Below are positions 12,101 to 26,700 of a stretch of 64,000 bases of DNA, one piece after another. The DNA lies in NCBI GenBank assembly GCA_964016885.1, contig CAXHJY010000184.1:496001-560000 (forward strand), read 5' to 3'. The translations under genes and the position numbers were made by a program. The notes below the pieces were generated by a model. The model searched no databases, was not told the origin of the DNA, and worked only from the letters and a program-made list of their open reading frames with translations. Numbering within the stretch: the first letter of the stretch is position 1; each line of letters starts with the position of its first letter. The DNA comes from Eledone cirrhosa (taxonomy: Eukaryota).

Positions 12101-15100
12101 TTCCCAGTCACTACAGGACTACATTCTTTCCCAGTCACTACAGGACTATAGTCTTTCCCAATCACTACAGGACTATAGTCTTTCCCAGTCACTACAGGAC
12201 TACATTCTTTCCCAGTCACTACAGGAGTATAGTCTTTCCCAGTCACTACAGGACTATAGTCTTTCCCAGTCACTACAGGACTATAGTCTTTCCCAGTCAC
12301 TACAGGACTATAGTCTATCCCAATCACTACAGGACTATAGTCTTTCCCAGTCACTACAGGACTACATTCTTTCCCAGTCACTACAGGACTATAGTCTTTC
12401 CCAATCACCACAGGACTATAGTCTTTCCCAGTCACTACAGGACTATAGTCTTTCCCAATCACTACAGGACTATAGTCTTTCCCAGTCACTACAAGACTAT
12501 AGTCTTTCCCAGTCACTACAAGGCTATAGTCTTGCCCAGTCAGTCACTACAGGACTATAGTCTTTTCCAGTCACTACAGGACTATAGTCTTTCCCAGTCA
12601 CTACAGGACTATAGTCTTTCCCAGTCACTACAGGACTATAGTCTTTCCCAGTCACTACAGGACTATAGTCTTTCCCAGTCACTACAAGACTATAGTCTTT
12701 CCCAGTCACTACAGGATTATAGTCTTTCCCAATCACTACAGGACTATAGTCTTTCCCAGTCACTACAGGAGTATAGTCTTTCCCAGTCACTCCAGGAATA
12801 TAGTCTTTCCCAATCACTACAGGACTATAGTCTTTCCCAGTCACTACAGGACTATAGTCTTTCCCAGTCACTACAGGACTATAGTCTTTCCCAAACACTA
12901 CAGGACTATAGTCTTTCCCAATCACTACAGGACTATAGTCTTTCCCAGTCACTACAGGACTATAGTCTTTCCCAGTCACTACAGCACTATAGTCTTTCCC
13001 AGTCACTACAGGACTATAGTCTTTCCCAATCACTACAGGACTATAGTCTTTCCCAGTCACTACAGGACTATAGTCTTTCCCAGTCACTACAAGACTATAG
13101 TCTTTCCCAATCACTACAGGACTATAATCTTTCCCAATCACTACAGGACTATAGTCTTTCCCAATCACTAGAAGACTATAGTCTTTCCCAGTCACTACAG
13201 GACTATAGTCTTTCCCAGTTACTACAGGACTATAGTCTTTCCCAGTCACTACAGGACTATAGTCTTTCCCAGTCACTACAGCGCTATAGTCTTTCCCAGT
13301 CACTACAGGACTATAGTCTTTCCCAGTCACTACAGGACTATAGTCTTTCCCAGTCACTACAGGGCTATAGTCTTTCCCAGTCACTACAGGACTACATTCG
13401 TTCCCAGTCACTACAGGACTATAGTCTTTCCCAGTCACTACAGGACTATAGTCTTTCCCAGTCACTACAGGACTATAGTCTTTCCCAGTCACTACAGGAC
13501 TATAGTCTTTCCCAATCACTACAGGACTATAGTCTTTCCCAGTCACTACAGGACTACATTCTTTCCCAGTCACTACAGGACTATAGTCTTTCCCAATCAC
13601 TACAGGACTATAGTCTTTCCCAGTCACTACAGGACTACATTCTTTCCCAGTCACTACAGGACTATAGTCTTTCCCAGTCACTACAGGACTATAGTCTTTC
13701 CCAGTCACTACAGGACTATAGTCTTTCCCAGTCACTACAGGACTATAGTCTTTCCCAATCACTACAGGACTATAGTCTTTCCCAGTCACTACAGGACTAC
13801 ATTCTTTCCCAGTCACTACAGGACTATAGTCTTTCCCAATCACCACAGGACTATAGTCTTTCCCAGTCACTACAGGACTATAGTCTTTCCCAGTCACTAC
13901 AGGACTATAGTCTTTCCCAATCACTACAGGACTATAGTCTTTCCCAGTCACTACAGGACTACATTCTTTCCCAGTCACTACAGGACTATAGTCATTCCCA
14001 GTCACTACAGGACTATAGTCTTTCCCAATCACTACAGGACTATAGTCTTTCCCAGTCACTACAGGACTACATTCTTTCCCAGTCACTACAGGACTATAGT
14101 CCTTCCCAGTCACTACAGGACTATAGCCTTTCCCAATCACCACAGGACTATAGTCTTTCCCAGTCACTACAGGACTATAGTCTTTCCCAATCACTACAGG
14201 ACTATAGTCTTTCCCAGTCACTACAAGACTATAGTCTTTCCCAGTCACTACAAGACTATAGTCTTGCCCAGTCAGTCACTACAGGACTATAGTCTTTTCC
14301 AGTCACTACAGGACTATAGTCTTTCCCAGTCACTACAGGACTATAGTCTTTCCCAGTCACTACAGGACTATAGTCTTTCCCAGTCACTACAGGACTATAG
14401 TTTTTCCCAGTCACTACAGGACTATAGTCTTTTCCAATCACTACAGGACTACATTCTTTCCCAGTCACTACAGGACTATAGTCTTTCCCAGTCACTACAG
14501 GACTATAGTCTTTCCCAGTCACTACAGGACTATAGTCTTTCCCAGTCACTACAGGACTATAGTTTTTCCCAGTCACTACAGGACTATAGTCTTTCCCAAT
14601 CACTACAGGACTATAGTCTTTCCCAATCACTACAGGACTATAGTCTTTCCCAATCAATACAAGACTATAGTCTTTCCCAGTCACTACAGGACTATAGTCT
14701 TTCCCAATCACTACAGGACTATAGTCTTTCCCAATCACTACAGGACTATAGTCTTTCCCAGTCACTACAGGACTATAGTCTTTCCCAGTCACTACAGGAC
14801 TATAGTCTTTCCCAGTCACTACAGGACTATAGACTTTCCCAGTCACTACAAGACTATAGTCTTTCCCAATCACTACAGGACTATAGTCTTTCCCAATCAC
14901 TACAGGACTATAGTCTTTCCCAGTCACTACAGGACTATAGTCTTTCCCAGTCACTACAGGACTATAGTCTTTCCCAATCACTACAGGACTATAGTCTTTC
15001 CCAGTCACTACAGGACTATAGTCTTTCCCAGTCACTACAAGACTATAGTCTTTCCCAGTCACTACAGGATTATAGTCTTTCCCAATCACTATAGGACTAT

Positions 15101-18100
15101 AGTCTTTCCCAGTCACTACAGGACTATAGTCTTTCCCAATCACTACAGGACTATAGTCTTTCCCAGTCACTACAGGACTATAGTCTTTCCCAGTCACTAC
15201 AGGACTATAGTCTTTCCCAGTCACTACAGGACTATAGTCTTTCCCAGTCACTACAGGACTATAGTCTTTCCCAGTCACTACAGGACTATAGTCTTTCCCA
15301 ATCACTACAGGACTATAGTCTTTCCCAGTCACTACAGGACTATAGTCTTTCCCAGTCACTACAAGACTATAGTCTTTCCCAGTCACTACAGGACTATAGT
15401 CTTTCCCAATCACTACAGGACTATAGTCTTTCCCAGTCACTACAGGACTATAGTCTTTCCCAGTCACTACAGGACTATAGTCTTTCCCAGTCACTACAGG
15501 ACTATAGTCTTTCCCAGTCACTACAGGACTATAGTCTTTCCCAGTCACTACAAGACTATAGTCTTTCCCAATCACTACAGGACTATAGTCTTTCCCAATC
15601 ACTACAGGACTATAGTCTTTCCCAATCACTACAGGACTATAGTCCTTCCCAGTCACTACAGGACTATAGTCTTTCCCAGTCACTACAGGACTATAGTCTT
15701 TCCCAGTCACTACAAGACTATAGTCTTTCCCAATCACTACAGGACTATAGTCTTTCCCAGTCACTACAGGACTATAGTCTTTCCCAATCACTACAGGACT
15801 ATAGTCTTTCCCAGTCACTACAAGACTATAGTCTTTCCCAATCACTACAGGACTATAGTCTTTCCCAATCACTACAGGACTATAGTCTTTCCCAGTCACT
15901 ACAGGACTATAGTCTTTCCCAGTCACTATAGGACTATAGTATTTCCCAGTCACTACAGGACTATAGTCTTTCCCAGTCACTACAGGACTATAGTCTTTCC
16001 CAGTCACTACAGGGCTATAGTCTTTCCCAGTCACTACATGACTACAGACTTTCCCAGTCACTACAGGACTATAGTCTTTCCCAGTCACTACAGGACTATA
16101 GTCTTTCCCAGTCACTACAGGACTATAGTCTTTCCCAATCACTACAGGACTATAGTCTTTCCCAGTCACTACAGGACTATAGTCTTTCCCAGTCACTACA
16201 AGACTATAGTCTTTCCCAGTCACTACAGGATTATAGTCTTTCCCAATCACTACAGGACTATAGTCTTTCCCAGTCACTACAGGACTATAGTCTTTCCCAG
16301 TCACTACAGGACTATAGTCTTTCCCAATCACTACAGGACTATAGTCTTTCCCAGTCACTACAGGACTATAGTCTTTCCCAGTCACTACAGGACTATAGTC
16401 TTTCCCAGTCACTACAGGACTATAGTCTTTCCCAATCACTACAGGACTATAGACTTTCCCAGTCACTACAGGACTATAGTCTTTCCCAGTCACTACAAGA
16501 CTATAGTCTTTCCCAGTCACTACAGGACTATAGTCTTTCCCAATCACTACAGGACTATAGTCTTTCCCAGTCACTACAGGACTACATTCTTTCCCAGTCA
16601 CTACAGGACTATAGACTTTCCCAGTCACTACAGGACTATAGTCTTTCCCAGTCAGTACAGGACTATAGTCTTTCCCAGTCACTACAGGACTATAGTCTTT
16701 CCCAATCACTACAGGACTATAGTCTTTCCCAGTCACTACAGGACTACATTCTTTCCCAGTCACTACAGGACTATAGTCTTTCCCAATCACTACAGGACTA
16801 TAGTCTTTCCCAGTCACTACAGGACTACATTCTTTCCCAGTCACTACAGGAGTATAGTCTTTCCCAGTCACTACAGGACTATAGTCTTTCCCAGTCACTA
16901 CAGGACTATAGTCTTTCCCAGTCACTACAGGACTATAGTCTATCCCAATCACTACAGGACTATAGTCTTTCCCAGTCACTACAGGACTACATTCTTTCCC
17001 AGTCACTACAGGACTATAGTCTTTCCCAATCACCACAGGACTATAGTCTTTCCCAGTCACTACAGGACTATAGTCTTTCCCAATCACTACAGGACTATAG
17101 TCTTTCCCAGTCACTACAAGACTATAGTCTTTCCCAGTCACTACAAGGCTATAGTCTTGCCCAGTCAGTCACTACAGGACTATAGTCTTTTCCAGTCACT
17201 ACAGGACTATAGTCTTTCCCAGTCACTACAGGACTATAGTCTTTCCCAGTCACTACAGGACTATAGTCTTTCCCAGTCACTACAGGACTATAGTCTTTCC
17301 CAGTCACTACAAGACTATAGTCTTTCCCAGTCACTACAGGATTATAGTCTTTCCCAATCACTACAGGACTATAGTCTTTCCCAGTCACTACAGGACTATA
17401 GTCTTTCCCAGTCACTCCAGGACTATAGTCTTTCCCAATCACTACAGGACTATAGTCTTTCCCAGTCACTACAGGACTATAGTCTTTCCCAGTCACTACA
17501 GGACTATAGTCTTTCCCAAACACTACAGGACTATAGTCTTTCCCAATCACTACAGGACTATAGTCTTTCCCAGTCACTACAGGACTATAGTCTTTCCCAG
17601 TCACTACAGCACTATAGTCTTTCCCAGTCACTACAGGACTATAGTCTTTCCCAATCACTACAGGACTATAGTCTTTCCCAGTCACTACAGGACTATAGTC
17701 TTTCCCAGTCACTACAAGACTATAGTCTTTCCCAATCACTACAGGACTATAATCTTTCCCAATCACTACAGGACTATAGTCTTTCCCAATCACTAGAAGA
17801 CTATAGTCTTTCCCAGTCACTACAGGACTATAGTCTTTCCCAGTTACTACAGGACTATAGTCTTTCCCAGTCACTACAGGACTATAGTCTTTCCCATTCA
17901 CTAAGCGCTATAGTCTTTCCCAGTCACTACAGGACTATAGTCTTTCCCAGTCACTACAGGACTATAGTCTTTCCCAGTCACTACAGGGCTATAGTCTTTC
18001 CCAGTCACTACAGGACTACATTCGTTCCCAGTCACTATAGGACTATAGTCTTTCCCAGTCACTACAGGACTATAGTCTTTCCCAGTCACTACAGGACTAT

Positions 18101-21100
18101 AGTCTTTCCCAGTCACTACAGGACTATAGTCTTTCCCAATCACTACAGGACTATAGTCTTTCCCAGTCACTACAGGACTACATTCTTTCCCAGTCACTAC
18201 AGGACTATAGTCTTTCCCAATCACTACAGGACTATAGTCTTTCCCAGTCACTACAGGACTACATTCTTTCCCAGTCACTACAGGACTATAGTCTTTCCCA
18301 GTCACTACAGGACTATAGTCTTTCCCAGTCACTACAGGACTATAGTCTTTCCCAGTCACTACAGGACTATAGTCTTTCCCAATCACTACAGGACTATAGT
18401 CTATCCCAGTCACTACAGGACTACATTCTTTCCCAGTCACTACAGGACTATAGTCTTTCCCAATCACCACAGGACTATAGTCTTTCCCAGTCACTACAGG
18501 ACTATAGTCTTTCCCAGTCACTACAGGACTATAGTCTTTCCCAATCACTACAGGACTATAGTCTTTCCCAGTCACTACAGGACTACATTCTTTCCCAGTC
18601 ACTACAGGACTATAGTCATTCCCAGTCACTACAGGACTATAGTCTTTCCCAATCACTACAGGACTATAGTCTTTCCCAGTCACTACAGGACTACATTCTT
18701 TCCCAGTCACTACAGGACTATAGTCCTTCCCAGTCACTACAGGACTATAGCCTTTCCCAATCACCACAGGACTATAGTCTTTCCCAGTCACTACAGGACT
18801 ATAGTCTTTCCCAATCACTACAGGACTATAGTCTTTCCCAGTCACTACAAGACTATAGTCTTTCCCAGTCACTACAAGACTATAGTCTTGCCCAGTCAGT
18901 CACTACAGGACTATAGTCTTTTCCAGTCACTACAGGACTATAGTCTTTCCCAGTCACTACAGGACTATAGTCTTTCCCAGTCACTACAGGACTATAGTCT
19001 TTCCCAGTCACTACAGGACTATAGTTTTTCCCAGTCACTACAGGACTATAGTCTTTTCCAATCACTACAGGACTACATTCTTTCCCAGTCACTACAGGAC
19101 TATAGTCTTTCCCAGTCACTACAGGACTATAGTCTTTCCCAGTCACTACAGGACTATAGTCTTTCCCAGTCACTACAGGACTATAGTTTTTCCCAGTCAC
19201 TACAGGACTATAGTCTTTCCCAATCACTACAGGACTATAGTCTTTCCCAATCACTACAGGACTATAGTCTTTCCCAATCAATACAAGACTATAGTCTTTC
19301 CCAGTCACTACAGGACTATAGTCTTTCCCAATCACTACAGGACTATAGTCTTTCCCAATCACTACAGGACTATAGTCTTTCCCAGTCACTACAGGACTAT
19401 AGTCTTTCCCAGTCACTACAGGACTATAGTCTTTCCCAGTCACTACAGGACTATAGACTTTCCCAGTCACTACAAGACTATAGTCTTTCCCAATCACTAC
19501 AGGACTATAGTCTTTCCCAATCACTACAGGACTATAGTCTTTCCCAGTCACTACAGGACTATAGTCTTTCCCAGTCACTACAGGACTATAGTCTTTCCCA
19601 GTCACTACAGGACTATAGTCTTTCCCAATCACTACAGGACTATAGTCTTTCCCAGTCACTACAGGACTATAGTCTTTCCCAGTCACTACAAGACTATAGT
19701 CTTTCCCAGTCACTACAGGATTATAGTCTTTCCCAATCACTACAGGACTATAGTCTTTCCCAGTCACTACAGGACTATAGTCTTTCCCAATCACTACAGG
19801 ACTATAGTCTTTCCCAGTCACTACAGGACTATAGTCTTTCCCAGTCACTACAGGACTATAGTCTTTCCCAGTCACTACAGGACTATAGTCTTTCCCAGTC
19901 ACTACAGGACTATAGTCTTTCCCAGTCACTACAGGACTATAGTCTTTCCCAATCACTACAGGACTATAGTCTTTCCCAGTCACTACAGGACTATAGTCTT
20001 TCCCAGTCACTACAAGACTATAGTCTTTCCCAGTCACTACAGGACTATAGTCTTTCCCAATCACTACAGGACTATAGTCTTTCCCAGTCACTACAGGACT
20101 ATAGTCTTTCCCAGTCACTACAGGACTATAGTCTTTCCCAGTCACTACAGGACTATAGTCTTTCCCAGTCACTACAGGACTATAGTCTTTCCCAGTCACT
20201 ACAAGACTATAGTCTTTCCCAATCACTACAGGACTATAGTCTTTCCCAATCACTACAGGACTATAGTCTTTCCCAATCACTACAGGACTATAGTCTTTCC
20301 CAGTCACTACAGGACTATAGTCTTTCCCAGTCACTACAGGACTATAGTCTTTCCCAGTCACTACAAGACTATAGTCTTTCCCAATCACTACAGGACTATA
20401 GTCTTTCCCAGTCACTACAGGACTATAGTCTTTCCCAATCACTACAGGACTATAGTCTTTCCCAGTCACTACAAGATTATAGTCTTTCCCAATCACTACA
20501 GGACTATAGTCTTTCCCAATCACTACAGGACTATAGTCTTTCCCAGTCACTACAGGACTATAGTCTTTACCAGTCACTATAGGACTATAGTATTTCCCAG
20601 TCACTACAGGACTATAGTCTTTCCCAGTCACTACAGGACTATAGTCTTTCCCAGTCACTACAGGGCTATAGTCTTTCCCAGTCACTACATGACTACAGAC
20701 TTTCCCAGTCACTACAGGACTATAGTCTTTCCCAGTCACTACAGGACTATAGTCTTTCCCAGTCACTACAGGACTATAGTCTTTCCCAATCACTACAGGA
20801 CTATAGTCTTTCCCAGTCACTACAGGACTATAGTCTTTCCCAGTCACTACAAGACTATAGTCTTTCCCAGTCACTACAGGATTATAGTCTTTCCCAATCA
20901 CTACAGGACTATAGTCTTTCCCAGTCACTACAGGACTATAGTCTTTCCCAGTCACTACAGGACTATAGTCTTTCCCAATCACTACAGGACTATAGTCTTT
21001 CCCAGTCACTACAGGACTATAGTCTTTCCCAGTCACTACAGGACTATAGTCTTTCCAGTCACTACAGGACTATAGTCTTTCCCAATCACTACAGGACTAT

Positions 21101-23781
21101 AGACTTTCCCAGTCACTACAGGACTATAGTCTTTCCCAGTCACTACAAGACTATAGTCTTTCCCAGTCACTACAGGACTATAGTCTTTCCCAATCACTAC
21201 AGGACTATAGTCTTTCCCAGTCACTACAGGACTATAGTCTTTCCCAGTCACTACAGGACTATAGTCTTTCCCAGTCACTACAGGACTATAGTCTTTCCCA
21301 GTCACTACAGGACTATAGTTTTTCCCAGTCACTACAAGACTATAGTCTTTCCCAATCACTACAGGACTATAGTCTTTCCCAATCACTACAGGACTATAGT
21401 CTTTCCCAATCACTACAGGACTATAGTCTTTCCCAGTCACTACAGGACTATAGTCTTTCCCAGTCACTACAAGACTATAGTCTTTCCCAATCACTACAGG
21501 ACTATAGACTTTCCCAATCACTACAGGACTATAGTCTTTCCCAATCACTACAAGACTATAGTCTTTCCCAGTCACTACAGGACTATAGTCTTTCCCAGTT
21601 ACTACAGGACTATAGTCTTTCCCAGTCAATACAGGACTATAGTCTTTCCCAGTCACTACAGGACTATAGTCTTTCCCAGTCACTACAGGACTATAGTCTT
21701 TCCCAGTCACTACAGGACTATAGTCTTTCCCAGTCACTACAGGGCTATAGTCTTTCACAGTCACTACAGGACTATAGTCTTTCCCAATCACTACAGGACT
21801 ACATTCTTTCCCAGTCACTACAGGACTATAGTCTTTCCCAGTCACTACAGGACTATAGTCTTTCCCAGTCAGTACAGGACTATAGTCTTTCCCAGTCACT
21901 ACAGGACTATAGTCTTTCCCAATCACTACAGGACTATAGTCTTTCCCAGTCACTACAGGACTACATTCTTTCCCAGTCACTACAGGACTATAGTCTTTCC
22001 CAATCACTACAGGACTATAGTCTTTCCCAGTCACTACAGGACTACATTCTTTCCCAGTCACTACAGGAGTATAGTCTTTCCCAGTCACTACAGGACTATA
22101 ATCTTTCCCAGTCACTACAGGACTATAGTCTATCCCAATCACTACAGGACTATAGTCTTTCCCAGTCACTACAGGACTACATTCTTTCCCAGTCACTACA
22201 GGACTATAGTCTTTCCCAATCACCACAGGACTATAGTCTTTCCCAGTCACTACAGGACTATAGTCTTTCCCAATCACTACAGGACTATAGTCTTTCCCAG
22301 TCACTACAAGACTATAGTCTTTCCCAGTCACTACAAGGCTATAGTCTTGCCCAGTCAGTCACTACAGGACTATAGTCTTTTCCAGTCACTACAGGACTAT
22401 AGTCTTTCCCAGTCACTACAGGACTATAGTCTTTCCCAGTCACTACAGGACTATAGTCTTTCCCAGTCACTACAGGACTATAGTCTTTCCCAGTCACTAC
22501 AAGACTATAGTCTTTCCCAGTCACTACAGGATTATAGTCTTTCCCAATCACTACAGGACTATAGTCTTTCCCAGTCACTACAGGACTATAGTCTTTCCCA
22601 GTCACTCCAGGACTATAGTCTTTCCCAATCACTACAGGACTATAGTCTTTCCCAGTCACTACAGGACTATAGTCTTTCCCAGTCACTACAGGACTATAGT
22701 CTTTCCCAAACACTACAGGACTATAGTCTTTCCCAATCACTACAGGACTATAGTCTTTCCCAGTCACTACAGGACTATAGTCTTTCCCAGTCACTACAGC
22801 ACTATAGTCTTTCCCAGTCACTACAGGACTATAGTCTTTCCCAATCACTACAGGACTATAGTCTTTCCCAGTCACTACAGGACTATAGTCTTTCCCAGTC
22901 ACTACAAGACTATAGTCTTTACCAATCACTACAGGACTATAATCTTTCCCAATCACTACAGGACTATAGTCTTTCCCAATCACTACAAGACTATAGTCTT
23001 TCCCAGTCACTACAGGACTATAGTCTTTCCCAGTTACTACAGGACTATAGTCTTTCCCAGTCACTACAGGACTATAGTCTTTCCCAGTCACTACAGCGCT
23101 ATAGTCTTTCCCAGTCACTACAGGACTATAGTCTTTCCCAGTCACTACAGGACTATAGTCTTTCCCAGTCACTACAGGGCTATAGTCTTTCCCAGTCACT
23201 ACAGGACTACATTCGTTCCCAGTCACTACAGGACTATAGTCTTTCCCAGTCACTACAGGACTATAGTCTTTCCCAGTCACTACAGGACTATAGTCTTTCC
23301 CAGTCACTACAGGACTATAGTCTTTCCCAATCACTACAGGACTATAGTCTTTCCCAGTCACTACAGGACTACATTCTTTCCCAGTCACTACAGGACTATA
23401 GTCTTTCCCAATCACTACAGGACTATAGTCTTTCCCAGTCACTACAGGACTACATTCTTTCCCAGTCACTACAGGACTATAGTCTTTCCCAGTCACTACA
23501 GGACTATAGTCTTTCCCAGTCACTACAGGACTATAGTCTTTCCCAGTCACTACAGGACTATAGTCTTTCCCAATCACTACAGGACTATAGTCTTTCCCAG
23601 TCACTACAGGACTACATTCTTTCCCAGTCACTACAGGACTATAGTCTTTCCCAATCACCACAGGACTATAGTCTTTCCCAGTCACTACAGGACTATAGTC
23701 TTTCCCAATCACTACAGGACTATAGTCTTTCCCAGTCACTACAAGACTATAGTCTTTCCCAGTCACTACAAGACTATAGTC
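9126..23781. repeat. Three tandem copies of a variable-length super-repeat (5138, 4624 and 4894 bp)
   Basis: Each copy starts at a landmark (9126, 14264, 18888) and carries CAATCAATACAAG (about 9515, 14653, 19277), CATGACTACAGAC (ATG at 10927, 16038, 20689), an internal AAGGCT-type landmark (12532, 17157, 22347), CCAAACAC and ATTCGTT (13400, 18024, 23215). Confidence 0.9.
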
Positions 23782-26700
23782 TTGCCCAGTCAGTCACTAC
23801 AGGACTATAGTCTTTTCCAGTCACTACAGGACTATAGTCTTTCCCAGTCACTACAGGACTATAGTCTTTCCCAGTCACTACAGGACTATAGTCTTTCCCA
23901 GTCACTACAGGACTATAGTCTTTCCCAATCACTACAGGACTACATTCTTTCCCAGTCACTACAGGACTATAGTCTTTCCCAGTGACTACAGGACTATAGT
24001 CTTTCCCAGTCACTACAGGACTATAGTCTTTCCCAGTCACTACAGGACTATAGTTTTTCCCAGTCACTACAGGACTATAGTCTTTCCCAATCACTACAGG
24101 ACTATAGTCTTTCCCAATCACTACAGGACTATAGTCTTTCCCAATCACTACAGGACTATAGTCTTTCCCAGTCACTACAGGACTATAGTCATTCCCAGTC
24201 ACTACAGGACTATAGTCTTTCCCAGTCACTACAGGACTACATTCTTTCCCAGTCACTACAGGACTATAGTCTTTCCCAATCACTACAGGACTATAGTCTT
24301 TCCCAGTCACTACAGCACTATAGTCTTTCCCAGTCACTACAGGACTATAGTCTTTCCCAATCACTACAGGACTATAGTCTTTCCCAGTCACTACAGGACT
24401 ATAGTCTTTCCCAGTCACTACAAGACTATAGTCTTTACCAATCACTACAGGACTATAATCTTTCCCAATCACTACAGGACTATAGTCTTTCCCAATCACT
24501 ACAAGACTATAGTCTTTCCCAGTCACTACAGGACTATAGTCTTTCCCAGTTACTACAGGACTATAGTCTTTCCCAGTCACTACAGGACTATAGTCTTTCC
24601 CAGTCACTACAGGACTACATTCGTTCCCAGTCACTACAGGACTATAGTCTTTCCCAGTCACTACAGGACTATAGTCTTTCCCAGTCACTACAGGGCTATA
24701 GTCTTTCCCAGTCACTACAGGACTACATTCGTTCCCAGTCACTACAGGACTATAGTCTTTCCCAGTCACTACAGGACTATAGTCTTTCCCAGTCACTACA
24801 GGACTATAGTCTTTCCCAGTCACTACAGGACTATAGTCTTTCCCAATCACTACAGGACTATAGTCTTTCCCAGTCACTACAGGACTACATTCTTTCCCAG
24901 TCACTACAGGACTATAGTCTTTCCCAATCACTACAGGACTATAGTCTTTCCCAGTCACTACAGGACTACATTCTTTCCCAGTCACTACAGGACTATAGTC
25001 TTTCCCAGTCACTACAGGACTATAGTCTTTCCCAGTCACTACAGGACTATAGTCTTTCCCAGTCACTACAGGACTATAGTCTTTCCCAATCACTACAGGA
25101 CTATAGTCTTTCCCAGTCACTACAGGACTACATTCTTTCCCAGTCACTACAGGACTATAGTCTTTCCCAATCACCACAGGACTATAGTCTTTCCCAGTCA
25201 CTACAGGACTATAGTCTTTCCCAATCACTACAAGACTATAGTCTTTCCCAGTCACTACAAGACTATAGTCTTTCCCAGTCACTACAAGACTATAGTCTTG
25301 CCCAGTCAGTCACTACAGGACTATAGTCTTTTCCAGTCACTACAGGACTATAGTCTTTCCCAGTCACTACAGGACTATAGTCTTTCCCAGTCACTACAGG
25401 ACTATAGTCTTTCCCAGTCACTACAGGACTATAGTCTTTCCCAATCACTACAGGACTACATTCTTTCCCAGTCACTACAGGACTATAGTCTTTCCCAGTG
25501 ACTACAGGACTATAGTCTTTCCCAGTCACTACAGGACTATAGTCTTTCCCAGTCACTACAGGACTATAGTTTTTCCCAGTCACTACAGGACTATAGTCTT
25601 TCCCAATCACTACAGGACTATAGTCTTTCCCAATCACTACAGGACTATAGTCTTTCCCAATCACTACAGGACTATAGTCTTTCCCAGTCACTACAGGACT
25701 ATAGTCATTCCCAGTCACTACAGGACTATAGTCTTTCCCAGTCACTACAGGACTATAGTCATTCCCAGTCACTACAGGACTATAGTCTTTCCCAGTCACT
25801 ACAGGACTACATTCTTTCCCAGTCACTACAGGACTATAGTCTTTCCCAGTCACTACAGGACTATAGTCTATCCCAATCACTACAGGACTATAGTCTTTCC
25901 CAGTCACTACAGGACTACATTCTTTCCCAGTCACTACAGGACTATAGTCTTTCCCAATCACCACAGGACTATAGTCTTTCCCAGTCACTACAGGACTATA
26001 GTCTTTCCCAATCACTACAGGACTATAGTCTTTCCCAGTCACTACAGGACTACATTCTTTCCCAGTCACTACAGGACTATAGTCTTTCCCAGTCACTACA
26101 GGACTATAGTCTTTCCCAGTCACTACAAGACTATAGTCTTTACCAATCACTACAGGACTATAATCTTTCCCAATCACTACAGGACTATAGTCTTTCCCAA
26201 TCACTACAAGACTATAGTCTTTCCCAGTCACTACAGGACTATAGTCTTTCCCAGTTACTACAGGACTATAGTCTTTCCCAGTCACTACAGGACTATAGTC
26301 TTTCCCAGTCACTACAGCGCTATAGTCTTTCCCAGTCACTACAGGACTATAGTCTTTCCCAGTCACTACAGGACTATAGTCTTTCCCAGTCACTACAGGG
26401 CTATAGTCTTTCCCAGTCACTACAGGACTACATTCGTTCCCAGTCACTACAGGACTATAGTCTTTCCCAGTCACTACAGGACTATAGTCTTTCCCAGTCA
26501 CTACAGGACTATAGTCTTTCCCAGTCACTACAGGACTATAGTCTTTCCCAATCACTACAGGACTATAGTCTTTCCCAGTCACTACAGGACTACATTCTTT
26601 CCCAGTCACTACAGGACTATAGTCTTTCCCAATCACTACAGGACTATAGTCTTTCCCAGTCACTACAGGACTACATTCTTTCCCAGTCACTACAGGACTA

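Noticed and set aside
10927-14292. True ATG-initiated plus-strand ORFs (MTTDF...) at 10927, 16038, 20689, 44924 and 57166
   Set aside because: The ATG is a single G>T change inside one variant monomer that was copied by block duplication. There is no promoter or ribosome-binding context distinct from the repeat.
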